From contig RFJO01000038.1 of the NCBI GenBank assembly GCA_003694495.1, positions 1-35,433 of the forward strand: a stretch of 35,433 nt of DNA, given 5' to 3'. The notes below the pieces were generated by a model. The model did not search any database, was not told the DNA's origin, and saw only the letters and a program-made list of their open reading frames with translations. The DNA is from Candidatus Woesearchaeota archaeon (GTDB lineage Archaea > Nanobdellota > Nanobdellia > SCGC-AAA011-G17 > GW2011-AR17). Positions 23,297 through 32,001 of this stretch are shown piece after piece. Position 1 is the first letter of the stretch. The number at the start of each line of letters is the position of its first letter. Made by a program: the position numbers and the translations under genes.

Positions 23297-23845
23297 ATGC
23301 CAGCAAAAAGTGAAATAAAAATACAAAATATTGTTGCTACGACTAACCTTGGGGTTGCGGTGCCGTTAGTGAAACTGGCGGAAACTTTGCCTAACACTGA
23401 ATATAATCCAGAACAGTTCCCCGGGTTGGTTATGAGGATTAAAGAGCCGAAAACTTCTGCACTGATATTTAGTTCAGGAAGGATAGTGTGTACCGGCGCT
23501 AAGTCGATGAAAAAAGTTAAAGAAGCAATCAGCGCGATCGTTAAAAATATTGAAAAGATTAAAATTAAAGTTAAAGAAGAGCCTAAAGCTACAGTGCAAA
23601 ACATGGTGGCTTCAGGGAGCATAGGGATTGACTTAAACTTGAATTCCCTAACAATAGACCTTGAAAATACTGAGTATGAACCTGAACAGTTCCCGGGATT
23701 GGTGTATAAATTGCCAGGGACAAGGGCGACGTTCTTGCTTTTTAGTAACGGAAAAATTGTTTGCACCGGTACTAAGTCTGAAAAGAAGTTGCATGAAGCT
23801 GTAGATAAGTTGATAGAAAACCTTGCAAAAATTGGTTATAAATAA
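23297..23845 (+). CDS. tbp: TATA-box binding protein
   Basis: 182 aa with the two direct TBP repeats: IQNIVATTNLG...EYNPEQFPGLVMRIKEPKTSALIFSSGRIVCTGAKS and VQNMVASGSIG...EYEPEQFPGLVYKLPGTRATFLLFSNGKIVCTGTKS. Confidence 0.95.
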   Translation: MPAKSEIKIQNIVATTNLGVAVPLVKLAETLPNTEYNPEQFPGLVMRIKEPKTSALIFSSGRIVCTGAKSMKKVKEAISAIVKNIEKIKIKVKEEPKATVQNMVASGSIGIDLNLNSLTIDLENTEYEPEQFPGLVYKLPGTRATFLLFSNGKIVCTGTKSEKKLHEAVDKLIENLAKIGYK

Positions 23846-23859
23846 TTTTTTTATTTTTT
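23846..23859 (+). terminator. oligo-T tract after tbp
   Basis: TTTTTTTATTTTTT lies directly after the tbp stop codon. Archaeal transcription termination typically uses oligo-T runs. Confidence 0.5.
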
Positions 23860-23942
23860 ATGCAAATTGTTGCGTTTAACCATGAATAAATTTATATAGC
23901 TATTAATTATACCATTTTTTGTTTGGGGGTGTAAAAGAAGAA

Positions 23943-25961
23943 ATGGTTTTAGAAGCGATTGATCAAGTTGAAAAGTTTCAAGAATTCTTTGAAATCAATT
24001 ATGTTAATGATATAAATAAAGCTATATCTAAAGGATTAAGATCAATAAATGTTGACTTTTTTCAGTTAACCAAGTTTGATCCGGATTTGGCGGAAGTTTT
24101 ACTTGAAGAACCTGAAGAAGTTATTAAGGCTGCGGAGCTGGCAATTGAGCAGTTTGAAATAAAAAAGCCGTTAAGGGTTAGGTTTTATAATTTTCCTGAA
24201 TCGCAAAAGATATTTATAAGAAACATAAGATCAGACCATCTTAACAAGTTTATAGCAATCGAAGGCATAATAAGGCAAGCTTCTAATGTAAGACCAGAGG
24301 TAGTGTCTGCAAGGTTTGAGTGCCCATCATGCGGGAACATAATAACCATGCAGCAAAATGAAAACAAGTTTAGGGAACCTAGCAGGTGTAGTTGTGGAAG
24401 AAGAGGGAAGTTCAGGTTGTTGTCTAAAGATTTAGTGGATGCGCAAAGGTTGGTGATAGAAGAAAACGCGCAGTCGCTGGAAGGCGGGGCAGAGCCGAAA
24501 AGGTTGTCGGTTTTCTTGAGGGAAGATTTAGTTGAGCCTAGGATGGAGAAAAAGACTACGCCCGGGAAAAGTGTGGTTGTAACCGGTATCCTGAAAGAAG
24601 TGCCTATACCTGCAAGAGATGGTGGGATTTCTACAAGGTTTGATATAGTGATGAATGCAAACTCAATTGATACAATTGAAGAGGATTTTTCTGACGTGGA
24701 AGTGAATGAAGATGATGAGGCTATGATAAAGCAACTTGCAAAAGATAAAAATATTTATGAAAAGCTTAGGAACTCTATTGCACCGAGCATATATGGTCAT
24801 GACCTGATAAAGGATGCAATAGCGTTGCAGTTGTTTGGCGGAGTTAGAAAAACCAAAGTTGACGGGACAATAATAAGGGGTGACATACATGTGCTTTTGG
24901 TTGGTGACCCTGGTGCGGGTAAGTCTGCCATGCTTACGTTTGTGAAGAATACTGCGCCTAAGGCGAGGTATGTTGCAGGGAGAAGTGCTTCAGGAGCAGG
25001 TATCACGGCTACAGTGGTTAAAGACGAGTTCTTAAGAGGCTGGGCGCTGGAAGCAGGGGCGATTGTTCTGGCAGATAAGGGTGTGCTTGTGCTGGATGAG
25101 ATGGATAAAATGAGTGCAGAAGATACTTCTGCGTTGCATGAGGGAATGGAACAGCAAACTATAACCATAGCAAAAGCAAACATACAAGCTACGTTAAGGG
25201 CGCAAACTACAATACTTGCAGCTGCAAACCCTAAACTGGGAAGGTTTGACCCGTATGCGCCGCTGGCACAGCAGATAAAGCTGCCGCCGGCGTTGATTAA
25301 CAGGTTTGATTTAATATTTATATTAAGAGATTTGCCTGACAAGGAAAAGGATGCAAAAATTGCGCACCATGTGTTAATGCACCAGGCTAAAATGGGTAAC
25401 GTGGCAGAGATTGAGCCTGAGTTGTTAAGAAAGTATATAGCTTATGTTAAGCAAAGAGTTTTCCCTGTATTGACAGAAGAGGCAAGCGAAACGATAAAAG
25501 ATTTTTATGTAAACATAAGGAACTCTTCAACCAACGGCGATGACCCGGCGATAAAGCCTATACCAATTTCTGCAAGGCAGCTTGAAGCTGTAGTGAGGTT
25601 GGCGGAAGGGTCGGCAAGGATAAGGTTGAGTGATAAGGTTGAAAAGAAAGATGTCTTAAGAGCAATAAACTTGTTAAAGTCGTGCTTAATGGAAATTGGG
25701 GTTGACCCTGAAACAGGAAAAATTGATATTGATAGGATTAATACTGGTATAACTGCATCAGAAAGAAGTAAAATTGTCGGTGTGAGGGATTTAATATTTA
25801 AAATGGATGAAGCCGGTAAGAAGCTGATTGCTATTGATGAGTTGTATGAAGAGGCTGCAAAGAGAGGTATACCTGAGCATAAAGTTGATGAAGCAATAGC
25901 AAAGCTTAAAAGTACAGGGGATATATTCGAGCCTAAACCAAACTTTATACAAAAATTATAA
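23943..25961 (+). CDS. mcm: MCM replicative helicase
   Basis: It has a zinc-finger CPSCGN...CSCG, Walker A GDPGAGKS, Walker B VLVLDEMDKM, the arginine-finger region ALINRFDLIF and a C-terminal winged helix. The track start at 23919 is a TTG. I prefer the ATG at 23943, which is preceded by GGGGGTG 11 nt upstream. Confidence 0.93.
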   Translation: MVLEAIDQVEKFQEFFEINYVNDINKAISKGLRSINVDFFQLTKFDPDLAEVLLEEPEEVIKAAELAIEQFEIKKPLRVRFYNFPESQKIFIRNIRSDHLNKFIAIEGIIRQASNVRPEVVSARFECPSCGNIITMQQNENKFREPSRCSCGRRGKFRLLSKDLVDAQRLVIEENAQSLEGGAEPKRLSVFLREDLVEPRMEKKTTPGKSVVVTGILKEVPIPARDGGISTRFDIVMNANSIDTIEEDFSDVEVNEDDEAMIKQLAKDKNIYEKLRNSIAPSIYGHDLIKDAIALQLFGGVRKTKVDGTIIRGDIHVLLVGDPGAGKSAMLTFVKNTAPKARYVAGRSASGAGITATVVKDEFLRGWALEAGAIVLADKGVLVLDEMDKMSAEDTSALHEGMEQQTITIAKANIQATLRAQTTILAAANPKLGRFDPYAPLAQQIKLPPALINRFDLIFILRDLPDKEKDAKIAHHVLMHQAKMGNVAEIEPELLRKYIAYVKQRVFPVLTEEASETIKDFYVNIRNSSTNGDDPAIKPIPISARQLEAVVRLAEGSARIRLSDKVEKKDVLRAINLLKSCLMEIGVDPETGKIDIDRINTGITASERSKIVGVRDLIFKMDEAGKKLIAIDELYEEAAKRGIPEHKVDEAIAKLKSTGDIFEPKPNFIQKL

Positions 25962-25976
25962 TGACGGTGGAAACTG

Positions 25977-26633
25977 ATGGAAGTACAAAAAAGACAAACG
26001 GCGTACAAGTTCTGGCTTAAAGATATTATGGAAGCTGAATCTTTTGTTAATGAAAACGGTGCACTGATGTTTAAAGTGAAAGGCAAGGATGTGATAAGGG
26101 TAAATGTGCTTGCAAGTGCTATACATAAATATGTTTCAGAGTCTGGGAATTATGTGTTTGTTACTTTAGATGATGGGAGTGCGCAGACAAGGTTGAAAGT
26201 GTGGAATGAAGATACGGGGGTTTTGGCTAATGTTGAAATTGGAGATTTGCTGCTTGTTGTGGGAAAAATAGGTATTAATAATAATGAGATATTTATAAGG
26301 CCTGAAGCGGTTAAGAAAATTGAAAACCCAGACTGGGAGCTTGTAAGGAAACTTGAGCTTACGAAAGAGTATGGAAAGCCTGAAGGCGAAAAAAAGCTGG
26401 TTGAGGATGAGCCGGTAGTGGAAGAAGTGGTTGTGTCAAATGAGCCTTCAATAAATCTTAGAGAAAAAGTTATATCTTTAATTGAAGTTAGCGGCCCTGA
26501 TGGGGTAAATGAAGAGGAACTTATAGAGAAGCTTGGCGAAAAGGAAGATGATGTGACAAAAGTGGTTGAAGAACTTTTGATGGAAGGCGAAATATATCAG
26601 CCGAAAAAGGGCTTTTTAAAGCTTATAGGGTAA
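25977..26633 (+). CDS. OB-fold plus C-terminal winged-helix protein (RPA32/Stn1-like layout), putative ssDNA-binding replication factor
   Basis: 218 aa, starting 15 nt after the mcm stop. The OB-like segment is VIRVNVLASAIHKYVSESGNYVFVTLDDGSAQTRLKVWNED...GDLLLVVGKI...IFIRPEAVKKI. An acidic linker follows, then the wH-like tail LREKVISLIEVSGPDGVNEEELIEKLGEKEDDVTKVVEELLMEGEIYQPKKGFLKL. Confidence 0.45.
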   Translation: MEVQKRQTAYKFWLKDIMEAESFVNENGALMFKVKGKDVIRVNVLASAIHKYVSESGNYVFVTLDDGSAQTRLKVWNEDTGVLANVEIGDLLLVVGKIGINNNEIFIRPEAVKKIENPDWELVRKLELTKEYGKPEGEKKLVEDEPVVEEVVVSNEPSINLREKVISLIEVSGPDGVNEEELIEKLGEKEDDVTKVVEELLMEGEIYQPKKGFLKLIG

Positions 26634-26668
26634 AAACTTATAAATAATTCCTGATTCTTTAATTAAAA

Positions 26669-27079
26669 ATGATGAAATATGAAGAGATGCTGGACAGGGC
26701 GTTCAAGCTTATGCCGGAAATTAATACTAAAGGTGAAAGGTTTGAAGTGCCTAAAGCGCATGGAAGAATTCAAGGTAATACTACAATCATAACAAATTTT
26801 CAACAAATGGTGCAGTTGTTTAGAAGAGATAGTGAGCATTTTCTTAAGTTTTTACAAAAAGAACTTGCAACGCCTGCACAGATTGACGGACCAAGGTTGG
26901 TGCTTAAAAGAAAACTTAGCCCGGCGCTGATTAATGCTAAGATAAAAAAATATGCAGACGAGTTTGTGTTGTGTTATACATGTAAAAAACCTGACACTCA
27001 AATAATTGAAGAAAACGGTGTGAATGTGCTTAAATGTGCAGCTTGCGGTGCTAAACATAAAATTAAGTCTGTGTTTTGA
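26669..27079 (+). CDS. eif2b: translation initiation factor aIF2 beta subunit
   Basis: YEEMLDRAF...ERFEVPKA...GNTTIITNF...FLKFLQKELATPAQIDG..LVLKRK, and a C-terminal zinc ribbon CYTCKKPDT...CAACG. Confidence 0.9.
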   Translation: MMKYEEMLDRAFKLMPEINTKGERFEVPKAHGRIQGNTTIITNFQQMVQLFRRDSEHFLKFLQKELATPAQIDGPRLVLKRKLSPALINAKIKKYADEFVLCYTCKKPDTQIIEENGVNVLKCAACGAKHKIKSVF

Positions 27080-27549
27080 AAATGGATGATTATGTGAAAA
27101 CTGAATATAAAAAACTTCAACAAAAGTATAACCTGCCAGAATATAAAAAGTTTAACGACGTTTTTGAAATTGTTTCAATCGAGGAAAATAAGTCTGGAAA
27201 GTTTGCAAATGCATTAACCAGGGTGGTGCATGGAAAAATTAAGTTCTTTTTAACTTTCTTTGACCCATTTCTTTTACCACAACCAAATTCAGCCTATATG
27301 ATGATTGTTTCGAAAGATATAGGCAGATTAAGAGAAGGTTTGCTTGAGGTGTATAAAGAATTAATGGTTGATTATAATAATGGATATTTGGTTCTTTTGA
27401 AAGGTGAAAAGGAAATGATGAATTATGTTAAAGATATCTGGAAAAAGCATGAAGCATATAAAAAGAAGTTGATAAAGTTTATTGAAGAATTAAATAAGAT
27501 AGTTTTAAAAACAACTGATGTTAAAGAAAATAAAGGGTATTTAGGATGA
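27076..27549 (+). CDS. hypothetical protein (157 aa)
   Basis: The ORF is translationally coupled on both sides (4-nt overlaps at 27076-27079 and 27546-27549). No motif recognised. Confidence 0.5.
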   Translation: MKMDDYVKTEYKKLQQKYNLPEYKKFNDVFEIVSIEENKSGKFANALTRVVHGKIKFFLTFFDPFLLPQPNSAYMMIVSKDIGRLREGLLEVYKELMVDYNNGYLVLLKGEKEMMNYVKDIWKKHEAYKKKLIKFIEELNKIVLKTTDVKENKGYLG

Positions 27550-27833
27550 TATTGGTAAAAATGCATAAGGACGGAGTGCTTGCACTTTGCGACGAAAACC
27601 TTGTAGGGAAAAAAATTGAACATGACTTATTACAGCTTGACGTGACGGAAAGGTTCTATAAAGGCGAAGAAAAAAGTAAAGAAGAAATACTTACTTTGGC
27701 TGAGGATGCAGCCACAATAAACATTGTAGGTGAAGAAGCTGTGAAGTTTGCAATAGATAATAAAATTGTGGATGAAGGGCAAATAATATACATTGGCGAC
27801 GTGCCGCATGCGCAAGTGTTTAAGATCCAATGA
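27546..27833 (+). CDS. DUF424-family archaeal protein
   Basis: 95 aa. VLALCDENLVGKK...LDVTERFYKGEE...INIVGEEAVKFAIDNKIVDEGQIIYIGDVPHAQVF matches my memory of the conserved DUF424 pattern. Confidence 0.6.
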   Translation: MILVKMHKDGVLALCDENLVGKKIEHDLLQLDVTERFYKGEEKSKEEILTLAEDAATINIVGEEAVKFAIDNKIVDEGQIIYIGDVPHAQVFKIQ

Positions 27834-28141
27834 AAGATAACGTTTATAGCAAGAACCAGTATTTTGAAGCCGTGATACAGTTGAGGCCTTATAATGAAGA
27901 AGTTATGAGGTTTATAGAAAACCAAGTTAAAAAGCAAGATAAAGTGTTTATTTCCAGGGTTGAAAAGCTTAAAACTGGTGTTGATATATATATCTCATCG
28001 CAAAGGTTTGCAAGAACACTCGGGCAAAAACTTAAACGTTCTTTTAAGGGGGAACTAAAAATAACTAAAACCTTGTTCGGAAGGGATAAACTGAAAAGCA
28101 AGGATATATATAGAGGAACTGTGTTGTTTAGGTTAGAGTAA
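27830..28141 (+). CDS. small NMD3-related protein (COG1499-like core without the N-terminal zinc cluster)
   Basis: 103 aa with no Cys. YFEAVIQLRP...ISRVEKLKTGVDIYISS..FARTLGQKLKRSFKGELKITKTLFGRD...YRGTVLFRL resembles the post-zinc-finger segment of archaeal NMD3 homologs. This call is from memory only. Confidence 0.4.
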   Translation: MKDNVYSKNQYFEAVIQLRPYNEEVMRFIENQVKKQDKVFISRVEKLKTGVDIYISSQRFARTLGQKLKRSFKGELKITKTLFGRDKLKSKDIYRGTVLFRLE

Positions 28142-28181
28142 ACCAAAGATTTATAAAGAGTTCTAATTAATATTATTTTTT

Positions 28182-28535
28182 ATGAACAAGAAAAAGGAAT
28201 TGCAAAAGAAGCAAGAACAACAGCAACAGATGGAAATACAAAGGGTTAAACTGCCTAGGGGAAACCAGGTGATAGGTATTCTTGAAACCAGGCTGGGTGC
28301 TTCAAAGATGAGAGTGAGGTGTTTTGACGGGAAAACAAGGATATGTAGAATACCAGGAAGGCTTAAAAGGAGGTTGTGGGTTAGGGAAGGTGATTATCTG
28401 TTGATTGAGCCTTGGGAGTTTGGCGGTGATGAAAAAGGTGATGTGATTTATAAATATAAATTTAACCAAGTTAATTGGCTTAAGAAAAAAGGCATAATTA
28501 AAGAAACTGTCCAGGAAGACTGGGAAGAGTTTTAA
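28182..28535 (+). CDS. eif1a: translation initiation factor aIF1A
   Basis: The S1-like OB core is VKLPRGNQVIGILETRLGASKMRVRCFDGKTRICRIPGRLKRRLWVREGDYLLIEPWEF...KGDVIYKY. Confidence 0.9.
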   Translation: MNKKKELQKKQEQQQQMEIQRVKLPRGNQVIGILETRLGASKMRVRCFDGKTRICRIPGRLKRRLWVREGDYLLIEPWEFGGDEKGDVIYKYKFNQVNWLKKKGIIKETVQEDWEEF

Positions 28536-29264
28536 ATGGAAAGGAAAGCAAGACCTTTAAGGTATAAAAAAAATATTTCTGCTAGGGAGAAGTTTAAAGC
28601 TTATGAAAATGTGTTTGACCAGGCAACATTAAGAGTATTGTTTAAGTTGTCTTCGCAAGGTTATTTTGATGAACTTCAAGGTGCCATAAAAATAGGCAAA
28701 GAAGCTAATGTATTTTTTGCAATAAAAGGGAAAAAGAAAGTAGTAGTTAAGATTTATAGAAAATCTGCCAATTTTAAGAAGATGTATGATTACATGGCGC
28801 CTGACCCTCGCTATATTGGTTTAAAACGGAATAAAATGAACATAATATCTACCTGGGCAAAAAAGGAGTACAGGAACCTGTTAAAAGCAAGAAGCGCAGG
28901 GGTGAAAGTGCCAACGCCTTATGCTGTTTACCAAAATGTTTTAGTTATGGAGTTTATAGGGGACAAAGAACCAGCACCTCAATTGAATAAAGTTAAGCCG
29001 GATGAGCCTAAACAATTTTACGAAACACTTATAAAATACCTTAAAAAACTATACCTCAACGCAAAACTTGTGCATGCAGATTTGTCAGAGTTTAACATCC
29101 TTAACGATAACGGAAAACCTGTCATAATAGATTTGTCGCATGCAGTGGATGTGCGATACCCAAATGTTAAAGCTTTGCTAAAAAGAGATCTGGATAACCT
29201 AGCAAGGTTTTTTAAAAAATTGAATGTTGAGGAAAAGGAAGTAAAATGGATTCAAAAGAATTGA
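28536..29264 (+). CDS. rio1: RIO-type serine/threonine kinase (Rio1)
   Basis: GAIKIGKEANVFFA, VVKIYR, WAKKEYRNL, LVMEFIG and LVHADLSEFNIL...IIDLSHAV are all present. It lacks the N-terminal wHTH of Rio2. The ATG directly follows the aIF1A stop. Confidence 0.88.
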   Translation: MERKARPLRYKKNISAREKFKAYENVFDQATLRVLFKLSSQGYFDELQGAIKIGKEANVFFAIKGKKKVVVKIYRKSANFKKMYDYMAPDPRYIGLKRNKMNIISTWAKKEYRNLLKARSAGVKVPTPYAVYQNVLVMEFIGDKEPAPQLNKVKPDEPKQFYETLIKYLKKLYLNAKLVHADLSEFNILNDNGKPVIIDLSHAVDVRYPNVKALLKRDLDNLARFFKKLNVEEKEVKWIQKN

Positions 29265-29797
29265 AGGTGCCAAAGGAAAGGTTGGCAGTTTTAATAGGTA
29301 AAGAAGGAGAAATTAAAAAGAAAATTGAAAGTCTTGGGCATGTTAAGTTAGATGTAAATTCTAAAACAGGAGACGTGATGATATCTGGCGAGGATTCATT
29401 AGACGTGTATATAACAAAAGATGTTGTGAAAGCTATAGCGAGAGGGTTTTCGCCAAAAATTGCGTTGAAATTGTTTAAGGAAGGTTATATGTTTGATTTA
29501 ATTGATATAAGAGATTATGTTGGCAATTCAAAAAATGCGCTTGAAAGGATAAGGGGAAGAGTTATTGGTTCTGAGGGTAAAGCCAGAAGGTACCTGGAGC
29601 ATGTGACGGAAACTAACATATCCGTGTTTCATAAGACTGTTGCAATTATTGGAGAAGTTGAAAATGTTACTATAGCCAGAAGAGCTATAGCGTTGTTGTT
29701 AGGAGGCTCGCCTCACGGAAATGTTTACAGGTGGCTTGAAAGGAAAAAGCAAGAGATGAGGAAAAGGCAGTTTGAAGAGGAACATGGAATATTGTAA
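29246..29797 (+). CDS. KH-domain RNA-binding protein (archaeal Dim2/Pno1-like)
   Basis: There are two KH-like segments: VPKERLAVLIGKEGEIKKKIE and RIRGRVIGSEGKARRYLEHVTETNISV. The conserved archaeal neighbourhood aIF1A-Rio1-KH supports the call. Confidence 0.8.
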   Translation: MDSKELKVPKERLAVLIGKEGEIKKKIESLGHVKLDVNSKTGDVMISGEDSLDVYITKDVVKAIARGFSPKIALKLFKEGYMFDLIDIRDYVGNSKNALERIRGRVIGSEGKARRYLEHVTETNISVFHKTVAIIGEVENVTIARRAIALLLGGSPHGNVYRWLERKKQEMRKRQFEEEHGIL

Positions 29798-30605
29798 CCT
29801 TATAAAAATAATTAAACAAAAAAAAGAGCTGAATTCTTTAAGTGATGAGTTTGTTCTTGGTATAATTAAAATATACTTAAAAAATGAAATGCCTAAACTT
29901 CTGGAAAACCAAGAGTGGTTGAATAATACTAAAAATAAGTATTTCAGAACTGTGGTGAAGAATGTTAGGAAAAACTTAAGGGAAGTTCACGGGGCGTTTA
30001 AGAAAAAAGGTTATGATAAAAAGTATAAACTGTTGGATGAAATTAAGTCGTTGAATGATTTTGAAGGTCATGCCAAGATATTAAAGCTGCACACGTCGAC
30101 AGCAGAAAGGTTGAAAAATTATATTGAAATATATGGTAAAATCTTAGAAAAAGTTTACAAGGTTGAAAGTTTGCTTGACCTTGGGGCTGGGCTTAACCCA
30201 TTGTCAATCCCGTTTATGGATTTTAAAGTTGGAACTTATTATGCTGTGGAGGTGGCAGAGGATGACGTGGAGTTTATCAATGCCTATTTTAAAAAGTTTA
30301 ACATTAAAGGGCATGCGTTTGTAAAAGACTTGACTTATGTTGACAATTTGCCAGAAGTTGATGTGTGTTTTATGTTTAAATTACTGGATACATTGGAAAG
30401 CCTGAAAAAGGATGTTACAAAAGAGCTGATAAGCAAGGTAAAAGCGAAATGGTTGGTGGTAAGTTTTGCAACAAAATCCTTGGGCGGGAGAAAAGTGATA
30501 AGCAAAAAAAGAACTTCGTGGTTTAAAAAGATTATAAAAGCGTATGAATATGATACATTTGAAGTGGATAACGAGTATTTTTTTGTTGTAAGAAAAGATT
30601 TATAA
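29772..30605 (+). CDS. ArmA/Rmt-type (FmrO family) 16S rRNA methyltransferase homolog
   Basis: Motif-by-motif resemblance to ArmA/RmtB as I remember them:
- LKLHTSTAERL versus IHSSTNER;
- SLLDLGAGLNPLSIPF versus ILDFGCGFNPLAL;
- YYAVEVAEDDVEFI versus YHAYDIDRAEIAFL;
- DVCFMFKLLDTLE versus DVVFLLKMLPVLK;
- LVVSFATKSLGGRK versus FVISFPIKSLSGKE and FPTRSLGGR.
An alternative start at 29784 is possible. Confidence 0.65.
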   Translation: MKRNMEYCNLIKIIKQKKELNSLSDEFVLGIIKIYLKNEMPKLLENQEWLNNTKNKYFRTVVKNVRKNLREVHGAFKKKGYDKKYKLLDEIKSLNDFEGHAKILKLHTSTAERLKNYIEIYGKILEKVYKVESLLDLGAGLNPLSIPFMDFKVGTYYAVEVAEDDVEFINAYFKKFNIKGHAFVKDLTYVDNLPEVDVCFMFKLLDTLESLKKDVTKELISKVKAKWLVVSFATKSLGGRKVISKKRTSWFKKIIKAYEYDTFEVDNEYFFVVRKDL

Positions 30606-30631
30606 AGAGGACTTAATTATTTTATGGCTAT

Positions 30632-30704
30632 AGTCCCGTAGTGTAGTGGCCAATCATTCAGCCCTTTGGAGGCTGAGACCCAGGTTCGAATCCTGGCGGG
30701 ACTA
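30632..30704 (+). tRNA. tRNA-Gln (anticodon UUG)
   Basis: Folded by hand. The acceptor stem is AGUCCCG/CGGGACU (A1-U72), the anticodon stem CAGCC/GGCUG, the loop CUUUGGA, the T arm CCAGG-UUCGAAU-CCUGG and the discriminator A. No CCA is encoded. Confidence 0.85.
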
Positions 30705-30724
30705 TTACTTATGTTTAATTGCAT

Positions 30725-30797
30725 AGCCCTGTAGTGTAGCGGCCAATCATCACGGACTCTGGATCCGTGGACCCAGGTTCGAATCCTGGCAGGGCTA
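30725..30797 (+). tRNA. tRNA-Gln (anticodon CUG)
   Basis: The acceptor stem is AGCCCUG/CAGGGCU (A1-U72), the anticodon stem ACGGA/UCCGU and the loop CUCUGGA. The D and T arms are identical to the neighbouring tRNA-Gln. No CCA is encoded, and the last 3 nt overlap the stop codon of the convergent truD. Confidence 0.85.
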
Positions 30798-31880
30798 TTT
30801 TTCCATAGCTTTTAACACCATGGTGGCGTAGCTTCCAGAAGGTAAAGAAAAACTTACCTTCTGTTTGAGTTTTTCCGGAAAAACATTATCTTTTTCTGCA
30901 GGGTAAAGGGTTAAATCCTTTAAAGTTATGGATGCGGGACGGTAGGTTGTCCTGTAAGATTGTTTGAACATTTTGGGTTCTATGTTTTCTTTGGCTAAAA
31001 TGTCAGAAATTATTGGCTTGAGATTTTTATTGTTCTCTACAAAATCGTAGCCGATTAAGGGGATTTTTAAATTGATAAATTCGTTGGTCATTGCCAGTTT
31101 TCCAATAACAGTGTCTATAAAGTAGTGTTCAAAGTTATCTTTAACGTAATTGTTTAAAATCTTGTTAAAGAGTAAAGATTGGTAGGAATGAATGAATAAG
31201 GTTAAAATTTGTTTGGGCAGTTGTTGGAAGGCTTTAAAGTAATCTTTTGGATGCTTTTCAAGATAAGTTATAACTTTTTTTTCAATAAGATAAGATGGTA
31301 TGATGCTAGAGTCAAAATATCCCCAGTTTTTTTCAATCTCTTGCCTGAAATTTTTGTGTTTTTCTGTTTCAGTTTCAAACGGGTTTGTTAAGTATATTTT
31401 CATGGCTTCCTCAAATTTGCGCTCAAGCAAAAGCTTGCCAACTAAGGCAGTGTTAGGTCTTTTACCGCCAAAGCGCTGGTCATCGTAATAGTTGCAGAAA
31501 TGATTAATTTTTGCTAAAGGTTTAATTAATTCTCTTGCAGTAATTATAAATTTATTGCCAATGTGAGAGTTTAACTTTAATGGCTTGTCATTATAACCAA
31601 CAAAATCTATTTTAATGTCTTTTATTCTTACCTTTAAATCTTCTTTTTTTAAGTTATATACAGACACTAATTGGGTAGTTATGCCTTCTTTGTCTTTCAT
31701 GCCCGATACATTAAACCTTTTCGGGCTTACATTAAGTTTTTTTGCAAGCTTTAATATTGCTCTGGATGTTGTCCAGTTCTTTTTTGTTAAATTAAAGTAA
31801 CAGTATTTGCCCTTAGATGATAACTTTATGTTGTTTATTTCTTCAACAACAAAATCTTCTGGGGAATATTTTAAAATCAT
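30795..31880 (-). CDS. truD: tRNA pseudouridine synthase TruD/Pus7 family
   Basis: The N-terminus is YSPEDFVVEEI. The catalytic motif is SGMKDKEGITTQ (GxKDxxAxTxQ type), and YYDDQRFG is also present. Confidence 0.85.
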   Translation of the reverse strand: MILKYSPEDFVVEEINNIKLSSKGKYCYFNLTKKNWTTSRAILKLAKKLNVSPKRFNVSGMKDKEGITTQLVSVYNLKKEDLKVRIKDIKIDFVGYNDKPLKLNSHIGNKFIITARELIKPLAKINHFCNYYDDQRFGGKRPNTALVGKLLLERKFEEAMKIYLTNPFETETEKHKNFRQEIEKNWGYFDSSIIPSYLIEKKVITYLEKHPKDYFKAFQQLPKQILTLFIHSYQSLLFNKILNNYVKDNFEHYFIDTVIGKLAMTNEFINLKIPLIGYDFVENNKNLKPIISDILAKENIEPKMFKQSYRTTYRPASITLKDLTLYPAEKDNVFPEKLKQKVSFSLPSGSYATMVLKAMEK

Positions 31881-32001
31881 AACAAAAACATGTGATAACT
31901 ATGTTAAAAATGTACCGAAAGTCTTATAAATAAAACCAATTTTCAATAAAAAATCAAGAGATGGGGCGGTGAATGAAAGCTTCCCCATACTGGAGACGAA
32001 A

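Noticed and set aside
23293-23766. 157-aa ORF antisense to tbp. Similar antisense ORFs lie in mcm (24797-25342 and 25505-26086) and ileS (20742-21062, 22427-22681 and others).
   Set aside because: These overlap highly conserved genes on the opposite strand and have no recognisable motifs. They are typical shadow ORFs in AT-rich DNA.
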